Counted from the first letter of the stretch, positions 18,560-27,920 are shown. The stretch: DNA of 33,560 nt from Candidatus Thorarchaeota archaeon (GCA_046482545.1 JAWOEX010000031.1:1-33560), one strand, 5' to 3'. Made by a program: numbers and translations. The notes: generated by a model not told the origin, from the sequence alone.

Positions 18560-18994
18560 TCATTCACCCTGATCTATTTTCTTTCTTCTTGCAGCAAGCA
18601 ATCCTTTGAGTTCACCCATTAGTCCCCCTCGTCCGCCACCTGGAGGCCCTGACGAAGGTTCAGTTTCTGCTGAGGCCGTTGCAGGTTCTGCTTCAGCAGG
18701 TGCCCCTGCTGGAGGTGCGGAGGGAGCTGGTGCTTCTGCATCGTCTCCAGAGGACGGGCTTGCTACACCGCCGCTAGAAATCCTGCTATCCATACTATTA
18801 ACTTTGGATTCAAGATTTCCGATTCTCTTTTCCATTCCGTCAATAGTTACCTGAAGCTCTCCTATAGCATCCACTAGCTTTTTCGTTATTGCATTAACTA
18901 CTTCTCCCAACCCTCTTAGCTTCTCTTCAGTGGGGTCTTTCAGCGCCCATTCAAATTCCTCGGCTATGAAATCATCGTCGTTTTCTTCTGCCAT
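18560..18994 (-). CDS. Coiled-coil / Pro-Ala-rich protein with C-terminal Ena/VASP FAB- or WH2-like motif
   Basis: Heptad coiled coil, then low-complexity APAPSAPPAGAPA linker, then PPGGGRGGLMGELKGLLAARRKKID; co-oriented downstream of glmM; start 18994 or 19012. Confidence 0.75.
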   Translation of the reverse strand: MAEENDDDFIAEEFEWALKDPTEEKLRGLGEVVNAITKKLVDAIGELQVTIDGMEKRIGNLESKVNSMDSRISSGGVASPSSGDDAEAPAPSAPPAGAPAEAEPATASAETEPSSGPPGGGRGGLMGELKGLLAARRKKIDQGE

Positions 18995-19083
18995 AAGCAG
19001 CGGCCCCTTCATCCAGTTTGATGTAAAGTGTTTGTGCTATAAAGCTTCTTTGCATAATGGTTTTCACATAGGTCACCATTAAT

Positions 19084-20460
19084 CTATGTGTCCTCTACAG
19101 TTTCACTTACAATATCTTTGGCTTTGGCAAGCAGGCTGTTGACTCTATCTTCTGAGAACGCTTCACAGGTCACTCTGATTACCGGTTCTGTCCCTGAGGG
19201 CCTTACTAAAATCCAGCCATCATCAAGGAACAAACCAATACCATCCACCTTCACTATCTCCCGTATTTTGCCTAGATTCTGGGGGAGAAGGTCTTGTAAC
19301 TTCTTCATGACTCCTGCTTTCATGCTATTATCACAATGCACTTTCCCTTTTGTAAGTGGATACTCTGGAATCTCAGATATGAGCTCAGCAAAGCTTTGCT
19401 TCTTCTCTGCGATTAATTCTAGAATCATACAGGATGCCAAAAACGGTTCTGGAGCAAGGTGAAACCATGGAAGTATGTAGACTCCACAAGCCTCCCCTCC
19501 AATGGCAGCTCTCGCCTCTTTGATTTTCAGGGCGACCTCAATATCGCCTACGGGGGTTCTAATCGTGTTTCCTCCTGCTTTTTCTACTGTTTCATCAAGA
19601 ACTAAGGAGCTATCGACGGTTGTCACGACAGTTTTGTTCTCAGACCGCTTGATCATTTCTCTTGCGAGTAATGCAATCACCCTGTCGCCGCGGATAAACT
19701 CTCCTTTACTTGTCACAAAGGTAACCCTGTCAGCATCCCCATCATGAGCAATCCCGATGTCAGCTTGAGCCTCTTTGGTGATGTTTATCAAATCACTGAG
19801 GTTCTCTTCTTCAGGTTCTGATGGCCTTCCTGGGAAATGGCCGTCGAGTTGCGCGTTGAGAGTGATTACCTTACATCCTAGCTTTCTCAGAAGATATGGT
19901 GTCATTACACAGGCAGCACCATTTCCAGGGTCTACTGCTATCTTGAATCTCTGCTCGGCGATGGCTTTTGAGTTGACTTGGTCCAAGATAGCCTCAATAT
20001 GTGTTCTAACATCAACATCTGATACTGATTCTGTCCCCAGCCGATCCCACGAGGCAATCTGAAACTCTCCTGTCTCATAGATTGCTTCGAGCTCGCGCTC
20101 TTCTTCCTTGGTATAGCCCATACTATCTGCACGCCAGAATTTGATTCCAGTATACTCTGGCGGATTGTGGGAAGCTGTTACCATAACTCCAGTATCAAAG
20201 CCTCTTACCATAGTATTGTATGCCAAAGTAGGAGTAGGAATAATACCTGCTCTTACAACATTGACACCTGTCGACATCACTCCTGAGGAGAATGCATCAG
20301 CAATCATGCTTCCCGTCGTTCTAGCATCTCTTGCTAGTAATATTGTTCCTTTATCCAGATATGTTCCAAGTGCCTTACCAAGTTCTAATGCCATGATCGG
20401 GTCAAATTCGGAACCGTACACCTTCCGAACGCCTGTTGTCCCAAAGAGATTACCAGTCAT
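19084..20460 (-). CDS. glmM: Phosphoglucosamine mutase / phosphohexomutase
   Basis: LFGTTGVR, TASHNP (phospho-Ser), DGDADR metal loop, GGE, RPSGTEP; substrate (GlcN vs Man/Glc) not resolvable from motifs. Confidence 0.9.
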   Translation of the reverse strand: MTGNLFGTTGVRKVYGSEFDPIMALELGKALGTYLDKGTILLARDARTTGSMIADAFSSGVMSTGVNVVRAGIIPTPTLAYNTMVRGFDTGVMVTASHNPPEYTGIKFWRADSMGYTKEEERELEAIYETGEFQIASWDRLGTESVSDVDVRTHIEAILDQVNSKAIAEQRFKIAVDPGNGAACVMTPYLLRKLGCKVITLNAQLDGHFPGRPSEPEEENLSDLINITKEAQADIGIAHDGDADRVTFVTSKGEFIRGDRVIALLAREMIKRSENKTVVTTVDSSLVLDETVEKAGGNTIRTPVGDIEVALKIKEARAAIGGEACGVYILPWFHLAPEPFLASCMILELIAEKKQSFAELISEIPEYPLTKGKVHCDNSMKAGVMKKLQDLLPQNLGKIREIVKVDGIGLFLDDGWILVRPSGTEPVIRVTCEAFSEDRVNSLLAKAKDIVSETVEDT

Positions 20461-20602
20461 CCTCAGTCACGCTGTGTGCGTTACAATACTAGGACAAAAA
20501 CCTATGGCAATAGATTCCCTTACCTGACGTACAAGAGAGCACGAGTTGTCGTATTAGGATAGTTTTTTCATGTTATTCTGTTTCTTTGTTATTGATTGAC
20601 TT

Positions 20603-21421
20603 ATGAGTAATCTCGCGACGAAACAAGTACCTTCAGATTTCGGAGACGTAGTCTACTATTCGTATTATAATCCCAAGGCCCCAGAAGTAAACCTATACAT
20701 CCACGGATTAGGTTACTGTCGCTCTTGGTTTCCTAGACATTTCGATGCTTATGATTTGAACCGCTATTCATGGATAGTCCCAGATCTCATTGGTCACGGT
20801 GATTCTGCCAGACCGGATGATCCTTCTGCCTACACCATGGAGAGTCAAGCGGAATATCTTCTGGATATCCTACTGGAAGAGAATGTAAATCGAATTCGAA
20901 TCTTAGCTCACTCAATGGGGGGTCCCATAGCCATCTCTCTTTTGGAGCAGCTTGAAAATAATGGTAGTATCAAGCCAATGTTGCTACTGTATCTGGAAGG
21001 TAATCTGGACGCAGGAGATACATTCTTTTCCTCTAAAGTGGTTTCGATGCCATTGGAGAAGTATAGACAGAAATTCGAGCATTGGTGCCAGAAGATCCAA
21101 GATGAGACTGAAGACGAGTCAATGAAATCATGGGTTCGTGCGCTGGAATCTGCGGGGCCTTTTACTATATGGGCATCAAGCAATGATTTGGTTACCGTTT
21201 CCAAGACAGATAATCTACTGCCTCGCCTTTTTGATGTATTCGATGGACCCATGTACTTCGTTTTTGGTGGTGAGAACGCGGGAAAGTATACCTCAGAAAA
21301 ACTGGTCAAAGAATCCGGTGAACAAATTCTATATGTTCCTAATGCAGGACATGCAATGCATGAGGATAACCCTACGGGTTTTTGGAGCATTGTGTTCCGG
21401 CTTATTGAGAAGCATTCCTGA
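20603..21421 (+). CDS. Alpha/beta fold hydrolase
   Basis: IHGLG, PDLIGHGDS, AHSMGG, LEGNLD, NAGHAMHEDNP. Confidence 0.92.
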   Translation: MSNLATKQVPSDFGDVVYYSYYNPKAPEVNLYIHGLGYCRSWFPRHFDAYDLNRYSWIVPDLIGHGDSARPDDPSAYTMESQAEYLLDILLEENVNRIRILAHSMGGPIAISLLEQLENNGSIKPMLLLYLEGNLDAGDTFFSSKVVSMPLEKYRQKFEHWCQKIQDETEDESMKSWVRALESAGPFTIWASSNDLVTVSKTDNLLPRLFDVFDGPMYFVFGGENAGKYTSEKLVKESGEQILYVPNAGHAMHEDNPTGFWSIVFRLIEKHS

Positions 21422-21536
21422 TCATGTAGATTCTACAGGATGGTTCTTTTGTGACATAATTACGAACTATTTTGTATGAAATAGTGCAAAAATAATGAGA
21501 AAATGATTTATATGGATAATCTCCGTAGATATGTGT

Positions 21537-21824
21537 ATGACTGATGTAACTACGCCCTTTGAGAAAATGGTTCGCCTGCTGATGGACAAATACGGCATGA
21601 ACCGTCCTGGAGCAGAGAAGCTAGTTGCCCGAAGCTCTGAGGCTATTCTGACTGTCAGGGAACAGACCCAGTTCGAGGATACTTTCAAAGAGTTCTCTGA
21701 GCAAATCGAGTCTAATGAGGCAAGGATTGAAGCCCTGAAACACATAGTCAACAGTAATGGAGCTTGGCATGCTCTGGCCGATGAAGCACACAGATATCAG
21801 TTAAGTCATCGCTTTGTCATGTAG
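21537..21824 (+). CDS. Small helical hypothetical protein
   Basis: About 95-aa ORF with TTTATA box at about 21507-21512 upstream; protein-like composition. Confidence 0.6.
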   Translation: MTDVTTPFEKMVRLLMDKYGMNRPGAEKLVARSSEAILTVREQTQFEDTFKEFSEQIESNEARIEALKHIVNSNGAWHALADEAHRYQLSHRFVM

Positions 21825-21988
21825 CCCATCATGATTCTTAGTGCTTCCTTGTCTGAAAAGAGTGCTCATAGGTTGAACTCTGTCTGTGGCTTCCTTTTAG
21901 GGTTCAATCTATTGTATAGTAGAACTACTCCATCACGAATAGGGCTAAATGAGAATGGCCTGACACCTCACTAGGTACGTGCGCTGAG

Positions 21989-22777
21989 ATGCCTTTCTTT
22001 CACCATAACGGAGTTCGGTTGCGATACAAGGATACTAACCCAGTTGCGGCGACAAACTCATGTGCACTTCTCTTTGTTCATGGAGCGGGATCCTCCTCGG
22101 AGATTTGGGAGTTTCAGATGGAAGAATTCTCATCCACGCACCGAGTAATCGCGATAGACCTTTCTGGGCATGGTGCATCAGAGGCTGGAAAGACGCCCGT
22201 TTCAATCCAAGGATTTAGCGAGGAGATTTCAGCACTTGTGGGTCATTTGAGCATCGAGAAGTATGTTCTAATTGGTCATTCAATGGGCGGCGCAGTTGTC
22301 ATGACTTACGTTCTACAGCCCTCTGCTGTTTTGCCAGATGGCTTGGTTCTGGTGGGGACTTCTCCAGACCTCGATTTCAGCAGGATTGCCCCCGGTCTAG
22401 CCATAGAATCTCTTGAATACCAATTTGGTCTCTTTCGTTCCTCAAACGAGGAGAAAGAAAGCCTGGAATACCGGATAAAGAAGCGGGAAGTCGAAGCCCG
22501 CCGAAAAAGACCGTTTGTGTTTCGAGGGGATTTACGAGCCTGTGATGATTTTAACATAAGCCAACGAGTTAGTGAGATTCGTATTCCAACCTTCTGCATA
22601 GTGGGACAAGATGATGACATAATCAAGCCTGCTGTTATGGCTGAATTTGAAAAGAAACTTGTCCGTGCTGATTTAGCGGTTATACGCGATTCGGATCATT
22701 GCCCCATGTTGGAGAATGCATCTCATTTCAACATGGTACTACACGATTTCCTTGAGTGTATTGGGTGTGCTGCCTGA
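21989..22777 (+). CDS. Alpha/beta fold hydrolase
   Basis: FVHGAG, IDLSGHGAS, GHSMGG, IVGQDD, SDHCPMLE. Confidence 0.92.
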   Translation: MPFFHHNGVRLRYKDTNPVAATNSCALLFVHGAGSSSEIWEFQMEEFSSTHRVIAIDLSGHGASEAGKTPVSIQGFSEEISALVGHLSIEKYVLIGHSMGGAVVMTYVLQPSAVLPDGLVLVGTSPDLDFSRIAPGLAIESLEYQFGLFRSSNEEKESLEYRIKKREVEARRKRPFVFRGDLRACDDFNISQRVSEIRIPTFCIVGQDDDIIKPAVMAEFEKKLVRADLAVIRDSDHCPMLENASHFNMVLHDFLECIGCAA

Positions 22778-22951
22778 TAGTGACCTTTCATGAGCGAAAC
22801 CTGTCTCCCTGGTTTATCCATAGAGTATATTTCACTAAACCTTATTAGGTGGATAAGCCTTTCTCGCGTAATAATGCCACCCACTGAAACCTATGAGACG
22901 GTTTGTCGGTGGTATTCACACTAACTGAACACCATAAATGGAGCTGAAAAG

Positions 22952-23500
22952 ATGAGCTCATCGTACGACTACCTCTTCAAAGTGGTAATTCTTGGCGAAG
23001 GAGCCGTGGGAAAAACAGCGATCGTGACCCGCTTCAGCCACGGATTCTTCCGAACTGACTATAAAACAACAATTGGTTCTCAGTTTGCGGTGAAGAATGT
23101 ATCTATCCCTTCTTCGCATGGTGACAATCTAGAGGTAAAGTTGCAGATCTGGGACGTTGCAGGCCAATCCCGTTTTCAGATTCTCCGTCCGATGTACTAT
23201 CGTGGAGCCAGCGGTGGTGTACTTGTCTTTGATGTTACTCGCCGTCGCACTTTCATTGTTTTGGAAGAATGGCTGGAAGAGCTGGAAAACGCTATCAACA
23301 AGAAAATCCCCCTTGTTCTTGTCGGCAACAAAATCGATTTGCCTGATAGGGTGGTTAACCCGAAGGAAGGTCACGAATTTGCCGAAGCCCACGGTATGCC
23401 ATATATCGAATCGTCTGCAAAGACAGGTGAGAGCATCGTGGACATTTTTGAGGAGCTAGCAAAGGTACTGGTCAACCAACGAAAGGGCAGCACATTCTAA
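22952..23500 (+). CDS. Rab-like small GTPase (Ras superfamily; Asgard eukaryotic signature protein)
   Basis: G1 GEGAVGKT, G2 TTIG, G3 WDVAGQ, G4 GNKID, G5 SSAK; YDYLFKVV N-terminus; KLQIW, YYRGA and LVFDVT Rab-family motifs; no C-terminal Cys motif. Confidence 0.96.
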   Translation: MSSSYDYLFKVVILGEGAVGKTAIVTRFSHGFFRTDYKTTIGSQFAVKNVSIPSSHGDNLEVKLQIWDVAGQSRFQILRPMYYRGASGGVLVFDVTRRRTFIVLEEWLEELENAINKKIPLVLVGNKIDLPDRVVNPKEGHEFAEAHGMPYIESSAKTGESIVDIFEELAKVLVNQRKGSTF

Positions 23501-23591
23501 CCCTATATGCAGGTCACCTAATTTCGTCATGTTGTTTGTTTTTGTGCAAAACCGAACTCATATCAAGGCATACATTTCCTCTAAATCTATC

Positions 23592-24173
23592 ATGACTGAT
23601 CCTGACCAAATGTACGCTGTGAATATTCTTCCAGCTTTGGCCTATGCCTTTGATGTCTATTCCAAAACGGATGCTCCCTACAAGGATTCGGGTGCAGTAG
23701 AGATGGTTCTTCAGGCTGGAGAGCACAAAAAACTCCTTGAGAAGAAAGGAGAGCACCAAGTGATTGTATGGTTTGCAGATGGGAAGATATTTGCCAGAGC
23801 CAGATGCACGTACGAGAAGGAATGTGACTTCAACAAGCCGCGGGTGAGCGCCAAGGACCGTGAAGGTTTGAAGACTCTACCCTGGGATAAGACCAACGAA
23901 AAGCGATTTTTCATTCTCACTTCGAAGTGGCTCATGAAACTCGGTTATGATTATTCCACACTAATCAAGGCGCTTGTTGCGGTTTGTGACAAGAAAGTAC
24001 AAACCCCGCTCACTACCAAGTACGATAAGACCTTCAACAAATTCAACGAATACCGGAAGACCCAATGGCCTGATGATGTTGATTTGAGTGACAAACAACG
24101 CTTTCTGGAGGAGGTGCTCGTGAGAGTCTCATTCTGGTTCAAGGCAGCTGCAGAAGTGGATGCGCTAAAATGA
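23592..24173 (+). CDS. Hypothetical soluble protein (about 193 aa)
   Basis: Lys-rich ORF co-oriented after the GTPase; start 23592 or 23529. Confidence 0.72.
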   Translation: MTDPDQMYAVNILPALAYAFDVYSKTDAPYKDSGAVEMVLQAGEHKKLLEKKGEHQVIVWFADGKIFARARCTYEKECDFNKPRVSAKDREGLKTLPWDKTNEKRFFILTSKWLMKLGYDYSTLIKALVAVCDKKVQTPLTTKYDKTFNKFNEYRKTQWPDDVDLSDKQRFLEEVLVRVSFWFKAAAEVDALK

Positions 24174-24179
24174 CACTAT

Positions 24180-24893
24180 CTACCTTTTTGTCGGTAGAAG
24201 ATGTATGTGGTCGATATCACTTGTTTCCGACTGCTCAACTATCACTTTGAATGCCTTGGCAACATCTTCCGCTGAAAGCATTCTTGACCGATTAACGTCC
24301 TTGCCGTCAAACCACGGTGTGGATACCGATCCAGGATTGACCGTCGCAGCTTTCACATTGGTGTCCTTGAGTTCTTTACGAAGGCAACCAACCATTGCCT
24401 GCACAGCATGTTTAGTTGCCGCGTAAATGCTTGCTCTTGCTGATGTCTCCAGTCCAAGGTTTGAAGAGGTGACGATAATCTGCCCGGTATCTCTTTCTTT
24501 CATACTTGGAAGGACTTGCTTAATCCAGAGGAAAACACCTCTAACATTGGTATCAAATTGTTCATCATATTCATTGATTGTCAATTGCTCCAATTCCCCG
24601 AAATAGCCGACACCTGCATTTGCTATCAAGACATCGACTGGCCCAAATTCCTCATTCACTTTCTTGTAGTGTTCTTCAACATTATCTGGCGAAGCAACGT
24701 CTCCTACGGCAGCCAGTGCTTTACCTCCAAGTTCCTCTACTCTTCCAATTGTCTCCTCAAGTCGATTTTTGTCTCTTCCGACGAGTAGAAATGAATGGCC
24801 ATCGCGAGCAAGTTCTTGAGCGACTGCTCGTCCTATTCCACTTGATCCACCCGTGATTACTATTACTTTCGACTGCAAGCCATTACTTGTCAT
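24180..24893 (-). CDS. Classical SDR oxidoreductase
   Basis: TGGSSGIG, ANAG, SS, YAATK catalytic motif, NPG. Confidence 0.95.
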   Translation of the reverse strand: MTSNGLQSKVIVITGGSSGIGRAVAQELARDGHSFLLVGRDKNRLEETIGRVEELGGKALAAVGDVASPDNVEEHYKKVNEEFGPVDVLIANAGVGYFGELEQLTINEYDEQFDTNVRGVFLWIKQVLPSMKERDTGQIIVTSSNLGLETSARASIYAATKHAVQAMVGCLRKELKDTNVKAATVNPGSVSTPWFDGKDVNRSRMLSAEDVAKAFKVIVEQSETSDIDHIHLLPTKR

Positions 24894-24961
24894 GATTCGT
24901 TCCCATACAACCAAATTATCCCTCTGCAGAAAGAGCTTTTGCCACGGTGTGCGGAAAATTC

Positions 24962-25030
24962 AGGTAAATTTATAAATTACCTTTCGTTTTCCCTATATTA
25001 TCTCGATGGCTGTTTATTATAAGACAGCCA
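24962..25030 (+). promoter_or_regulatory. TATA box embedded in near-palindrome plus downstream inverted repeat, upstream of S8 protease
   Basis: AGGTAAATTTATAAATTACCT (24962-24982) contains TTTATAAA; TGGCTGT-N10-ACAGCCA at 25007-25030. Confidence 0.5.
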
Positions 25031-25047
25031 CAAGGGAGAGAGATTAG

Positions 25048-27297
25048 GTGAGAGAAGGAAAATACAGACTCGCCGCCTACTGTTTCGTGTTCTTGTTTAC
25101 GGCAGTGATATTCAGCAGCTTTTCTGTTACTACCGTTTCCGAGAACACCACTACGACTGCTAGTTGGGATCAGAACTCCAACAGCATCGTAGATGACTTC
25201 GAAACGAAATTGGCAGGCGTCGAGGCAAACGAGCGTGTCTCTGTCCTAGTAACTACCAGTGGAAGCATCGAAGACTTGCTTCCTGCACTGGGTGCTACGG
25301 TCAGATACAGGTATGATGCAATCGGGGTACTTTCTGTTGAGTTGCCCGCAAAGAATGTGAAAACACTAGCCAGTGCAGCTGATGTACTGCGGATATCCGA
25401 TGCGGAAACCAAAGTCGAAGCAACACTTGATAGTGGTTTGCCGGTCGTTCAGGTTCCGGAAGCTTACGATAGCTACTCCTATCGTGGAGAAGGTACGGTA
25501 ATCTGTGTGCTTGATACCGGAATCGACAACACACATGTCGATTTGGATGATGATGACCCTTACAATGATTACAAGGTTGTCGCGTTCAAAGATATCATCA
25601 ATGGCCAAGACGACTTCAGTACGCCAGTAAGTGCGTATGATGACAATGGTCATGGCACACATTGCTCTAGCATCGCCGCCGGCACCGGTGAAGGCGATTC
25701 ACGCTATCGTGGAGTTGCCTATGCTGCGCAGTTGGTTGGTGTGAAAGTACTGGATCAAGATGGTGGCGGTACCATGGAAGGACTGCTGGCAGGCATGCAG
25801 TGGGTGATTGATAACAACGATGTGTACGGAATCAACATCGCATCCATGAGCCTTTCGACAAACCCATCCAGCTCCACTGACGGAAGCTGTGAAGTCTGTC
25901 AGATGGCGGATGCTATGATGTCTGATGACATTACCCTCTTTATAGCGGCTGGCAATCACGGTACTCCAGCACAACTTTATGGTTACAACACAATCGGATG
26001 TCCATCCGCTTCAGAATATGCTATTACAGTTGGTTCAGTTGATGATGACGGAAGTCATTCGAGCTTCAGTAATGAAGGGCCTACTGCCGATGGTAGAATC
26101 AAGCCGGAGATATGTGCGGCTGGAAATAGTATCACAGCGGCTGAAGCCAATAGCGGTAGCGGCTATGTAACGTACAGCGGCACTTCAATGGCGACCCCTA
26201 TGGCAGCTGGGATTGGTGCTCTTATTCGTCAAGCAGATACATCCCTCACATCCTTTGATGTGAAAAATGTGCTCAAGACCACCGCCCTGGATAAGGGCGA
26301 GGAAGGTGCGGATAATACCTATGGCTGGGGGATAGCACAGGCGAAGGACGCACTTGACTACGTCACAGGTGGAAGTACCGACAATCCACCAAGCGCTTCT
26401 ATTGCAGCTCCAACTGAAGGCGAAACTGTCAGCGGAACCTACAGGATAAAGGTCTCTGCTAGTGATGACAACGGTGTCTCGACTGTTGAGGTCAATATCG
26501 ATTCAGGTTCGTGGATTGACATCACCAACAATGTTGACAGTGATGGCTACTACTATTATGACTGGGACACTACTGCTTACGCTGATGACAGTCATACAGT
26601 TAATGCGAGAGTCACTGATACTGCTGATCAGACAGCAACTGATAGTGTTGGAGTGACAGTCGACAACGGTGGAACAACAGATGATCCTCCAACTTGCTCG
26701 ATTGTAGCCCCCACTGATGGTGAGACGGTTAGCGATACATACAGAATCCTCGTGTCAGCCAGCGATGATGATAGTGTCAGTACAGTCGAAATCAGTATCG
26801 ATTCTGGCACATGGATTGACATAACTGACAACGTGGACAGTGATGGCTACTACTACTATGACTGGGATACAACGGCGTATGCTGACGGTTCTCATACCAT
26901 AGATGCAAGAGCAACGGACTCAGCAGGTCAGACAGCCTCTGATAGCGTTGGTGTGACGGTTGACAATAGCGGGGGCGAGGAAGCAACTATGCATGTTGCA
27001 GATATATCATATTCCTCATCGTCCCGTGGTCCTCACACTTGGCTAACGATAGAGGTTGCAATCGTTGATAGCAATGGTAATCCTGTGAGTGGCGCTGATG
27101 TTACAATCGATTTAGAATATCCGGATGGAAGCATCAACACCTATACTGCCACTACAGGCAGCGATGGTGTAGCGACCTTCGAGTTCAAGAAGGTGCCGCA
27201 AGGTACGTACACAGTGACGGTTACCGATGTGACTCATACCGACTACACATACGATGCTACTGCAAACGTTGTGACAAGCAAAACGTTCACAATATGA
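25048..27297 (+). CDS. Secreted S8 subtilisin-like serine protease with propeptide, two Ig-like repeats and C-terminal beta-sandwich domain
   Basis: Signal-peptide-like N-terminus; triad LDTG / HGTH / SGTSMATP; AAGN oxyanion motif; IKPE; YGWG. Confidence 0.95.
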   Translation: MREGKYRLAAYCFVFLFTAVIFSSFSVTTVSENTTTTASWDQNSNSIVDDFETKLAGVEANERVSVLVTTSGSIEDLLPALGATVRYRYDAIGVLSVELPAKNVKTLASAADVLRISDAETKVEATLDSGLPVVQVPEAYDSYSYRGEGTVICVLDTGIDNTHVDLDDDDPYNDYKVVAFKDIINGQDDFSTPVSAYDDNGHGTHCSSIAAGTGEGDSRYRGVAYAAQLVGVKVLDQDGGGTMEGLLAGMQWVIDNNDVYGINIASMSLSTNPSSSTDGSCEVCQMADAMMSDDITLFIAAGNHGTPAQLYGYNTIGCPSASEYAITVGSVDDDGSHSSFSNEGPTADGRIKPEICAAGNSITAAEANSGSGYVTYSGTSMATPMAAGIGALIRQADTSLTSFDVKNVLKTTALDKGEEGADNTYGWGIAQAKDALDYVTGGSTDNPPSASIAAPTEGETVSGTYRIKVSASDDNGVSTVEVNIDSGSWIDITNNVDSDGYYYYDWDTTAYADDSHTVNARVTDTADQTATDSVGVTVDNGGTTDDPPTCSIVAPTDGETVSDTYRILVSASDDDSVSTVEISIDSGTWIDITDNVDSDGYYYYDWDTTAYADGSHTIDARATDSAGQTASDSVGVTVDNSGGEEATMHVADISYSSSSRGPHTWLTIEVAIVDSNGNPVSGADVTIDLEYPDGSINTYTATTGSDGVATFEFKKVPQGTYTVTVTDVTHTDYTYDATANVVTSKTFTI
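26380..26967 (+). repeat. Tandem duplication, 300-bp period, encoding two bacterial Ig-like domains
   Basis: DNPPSAS...VTVDN (26380-26667) and DDPPTCS...VTVDN (26680-26967); near-identical DNA in the DSDGYYYYDWDT segment. Confidence 0.9.
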
Positions 27298-27327
27298 AGG
27301 AGGATATCCTCCTTCCCTCTTTTTTTT
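27296..27327 (+). terminator. Hairpin plus T-tract terminator after S8 protease
   Basis: Perfect 20-bp palindrome GAAGGAGGATATCCTCCTTC followed by CCTC and T8. Confidence 0.75.
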
Positions 27328-27381
27328 GAACTAAAATGGGGAGATTTTTGGTAACGTATATAAGAGTAGTTGATTTTCTCC

Positions 27382-27855
27382 ATGTTTATGATTCATGGAC
27401 GTAAGACTGTCTTTGCAGTCCTGTTCATTAGCGCAGTTCTGTTCACCTCCATGGCTCAGAATTGCTTTGCCATGAGTGATAGACTGAAGGTTTCTGTGGA
27501 CCACGCATACTACTACGACCTTGATGGTGATGGTCTTGAAGATGATGTCCTGATAGATTTGATTTGCGAGGTTCCCGAAGGGGCGGCTCCACCGAGGAAG
27601 TCTGAGTTTTACCTAGCACTCGGTCTACCATCCGGTATAGAGCATCGTGCAACAATTATGTTGGTTGGGAAATACTCAGAACTTCATATGCGCATACTCT
27701 GGTATGATTCAGCTTGGGAATCCGGTTGGTACACTATTAAAGTCGATGTGATAGCGTTCGGTGGTTCGGTTTTTGGCTGCTGCACGACAAGTTATGAATT
27801 CGATCCCCCAACCGGTTCAGGGACTGGAGATCCACATATAGACGTGCTGTTGTGA
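27382..27855 (+). CDS. Putative secreted beta-rich protein with DxDxDG calcium-binding-like motif
   Basis: Basic then hydrophobic signal-like N-terminus; YDLDGDGLEDD; C-terminal FDPP..GDP; start uncertain (27370-27388). Confidence 0.72.
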   Translation: MFMIHGRKTVFAVLFISAVLFTSMAQNCFAMSDRLKVSVDHAYYYDLDGDGLEDDVLIDLICEVPEGAAPPRKSEFYLALGLPSGIEHRATIMLVGKYSELHMRILWYDSAWESGWYTIKVDVIAFGGSVFGCCTTSYEFDPPTGSGTGDPHIDVLL

Positions 27856-27920
27856 TTGTACTTTAGATTGAAAAATGCGCTTGAACGGGTTCAGAAGAAT
27901 AGGCAGGGGTAAGGTCAAGG

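Noticed and set aside
26380-26967. Repeat as a CRISPR array or DGR template/variable pair
   Set aside because: Only two in-frame coding copies; differences are not adenine-specific; no RT or cas genes in the window
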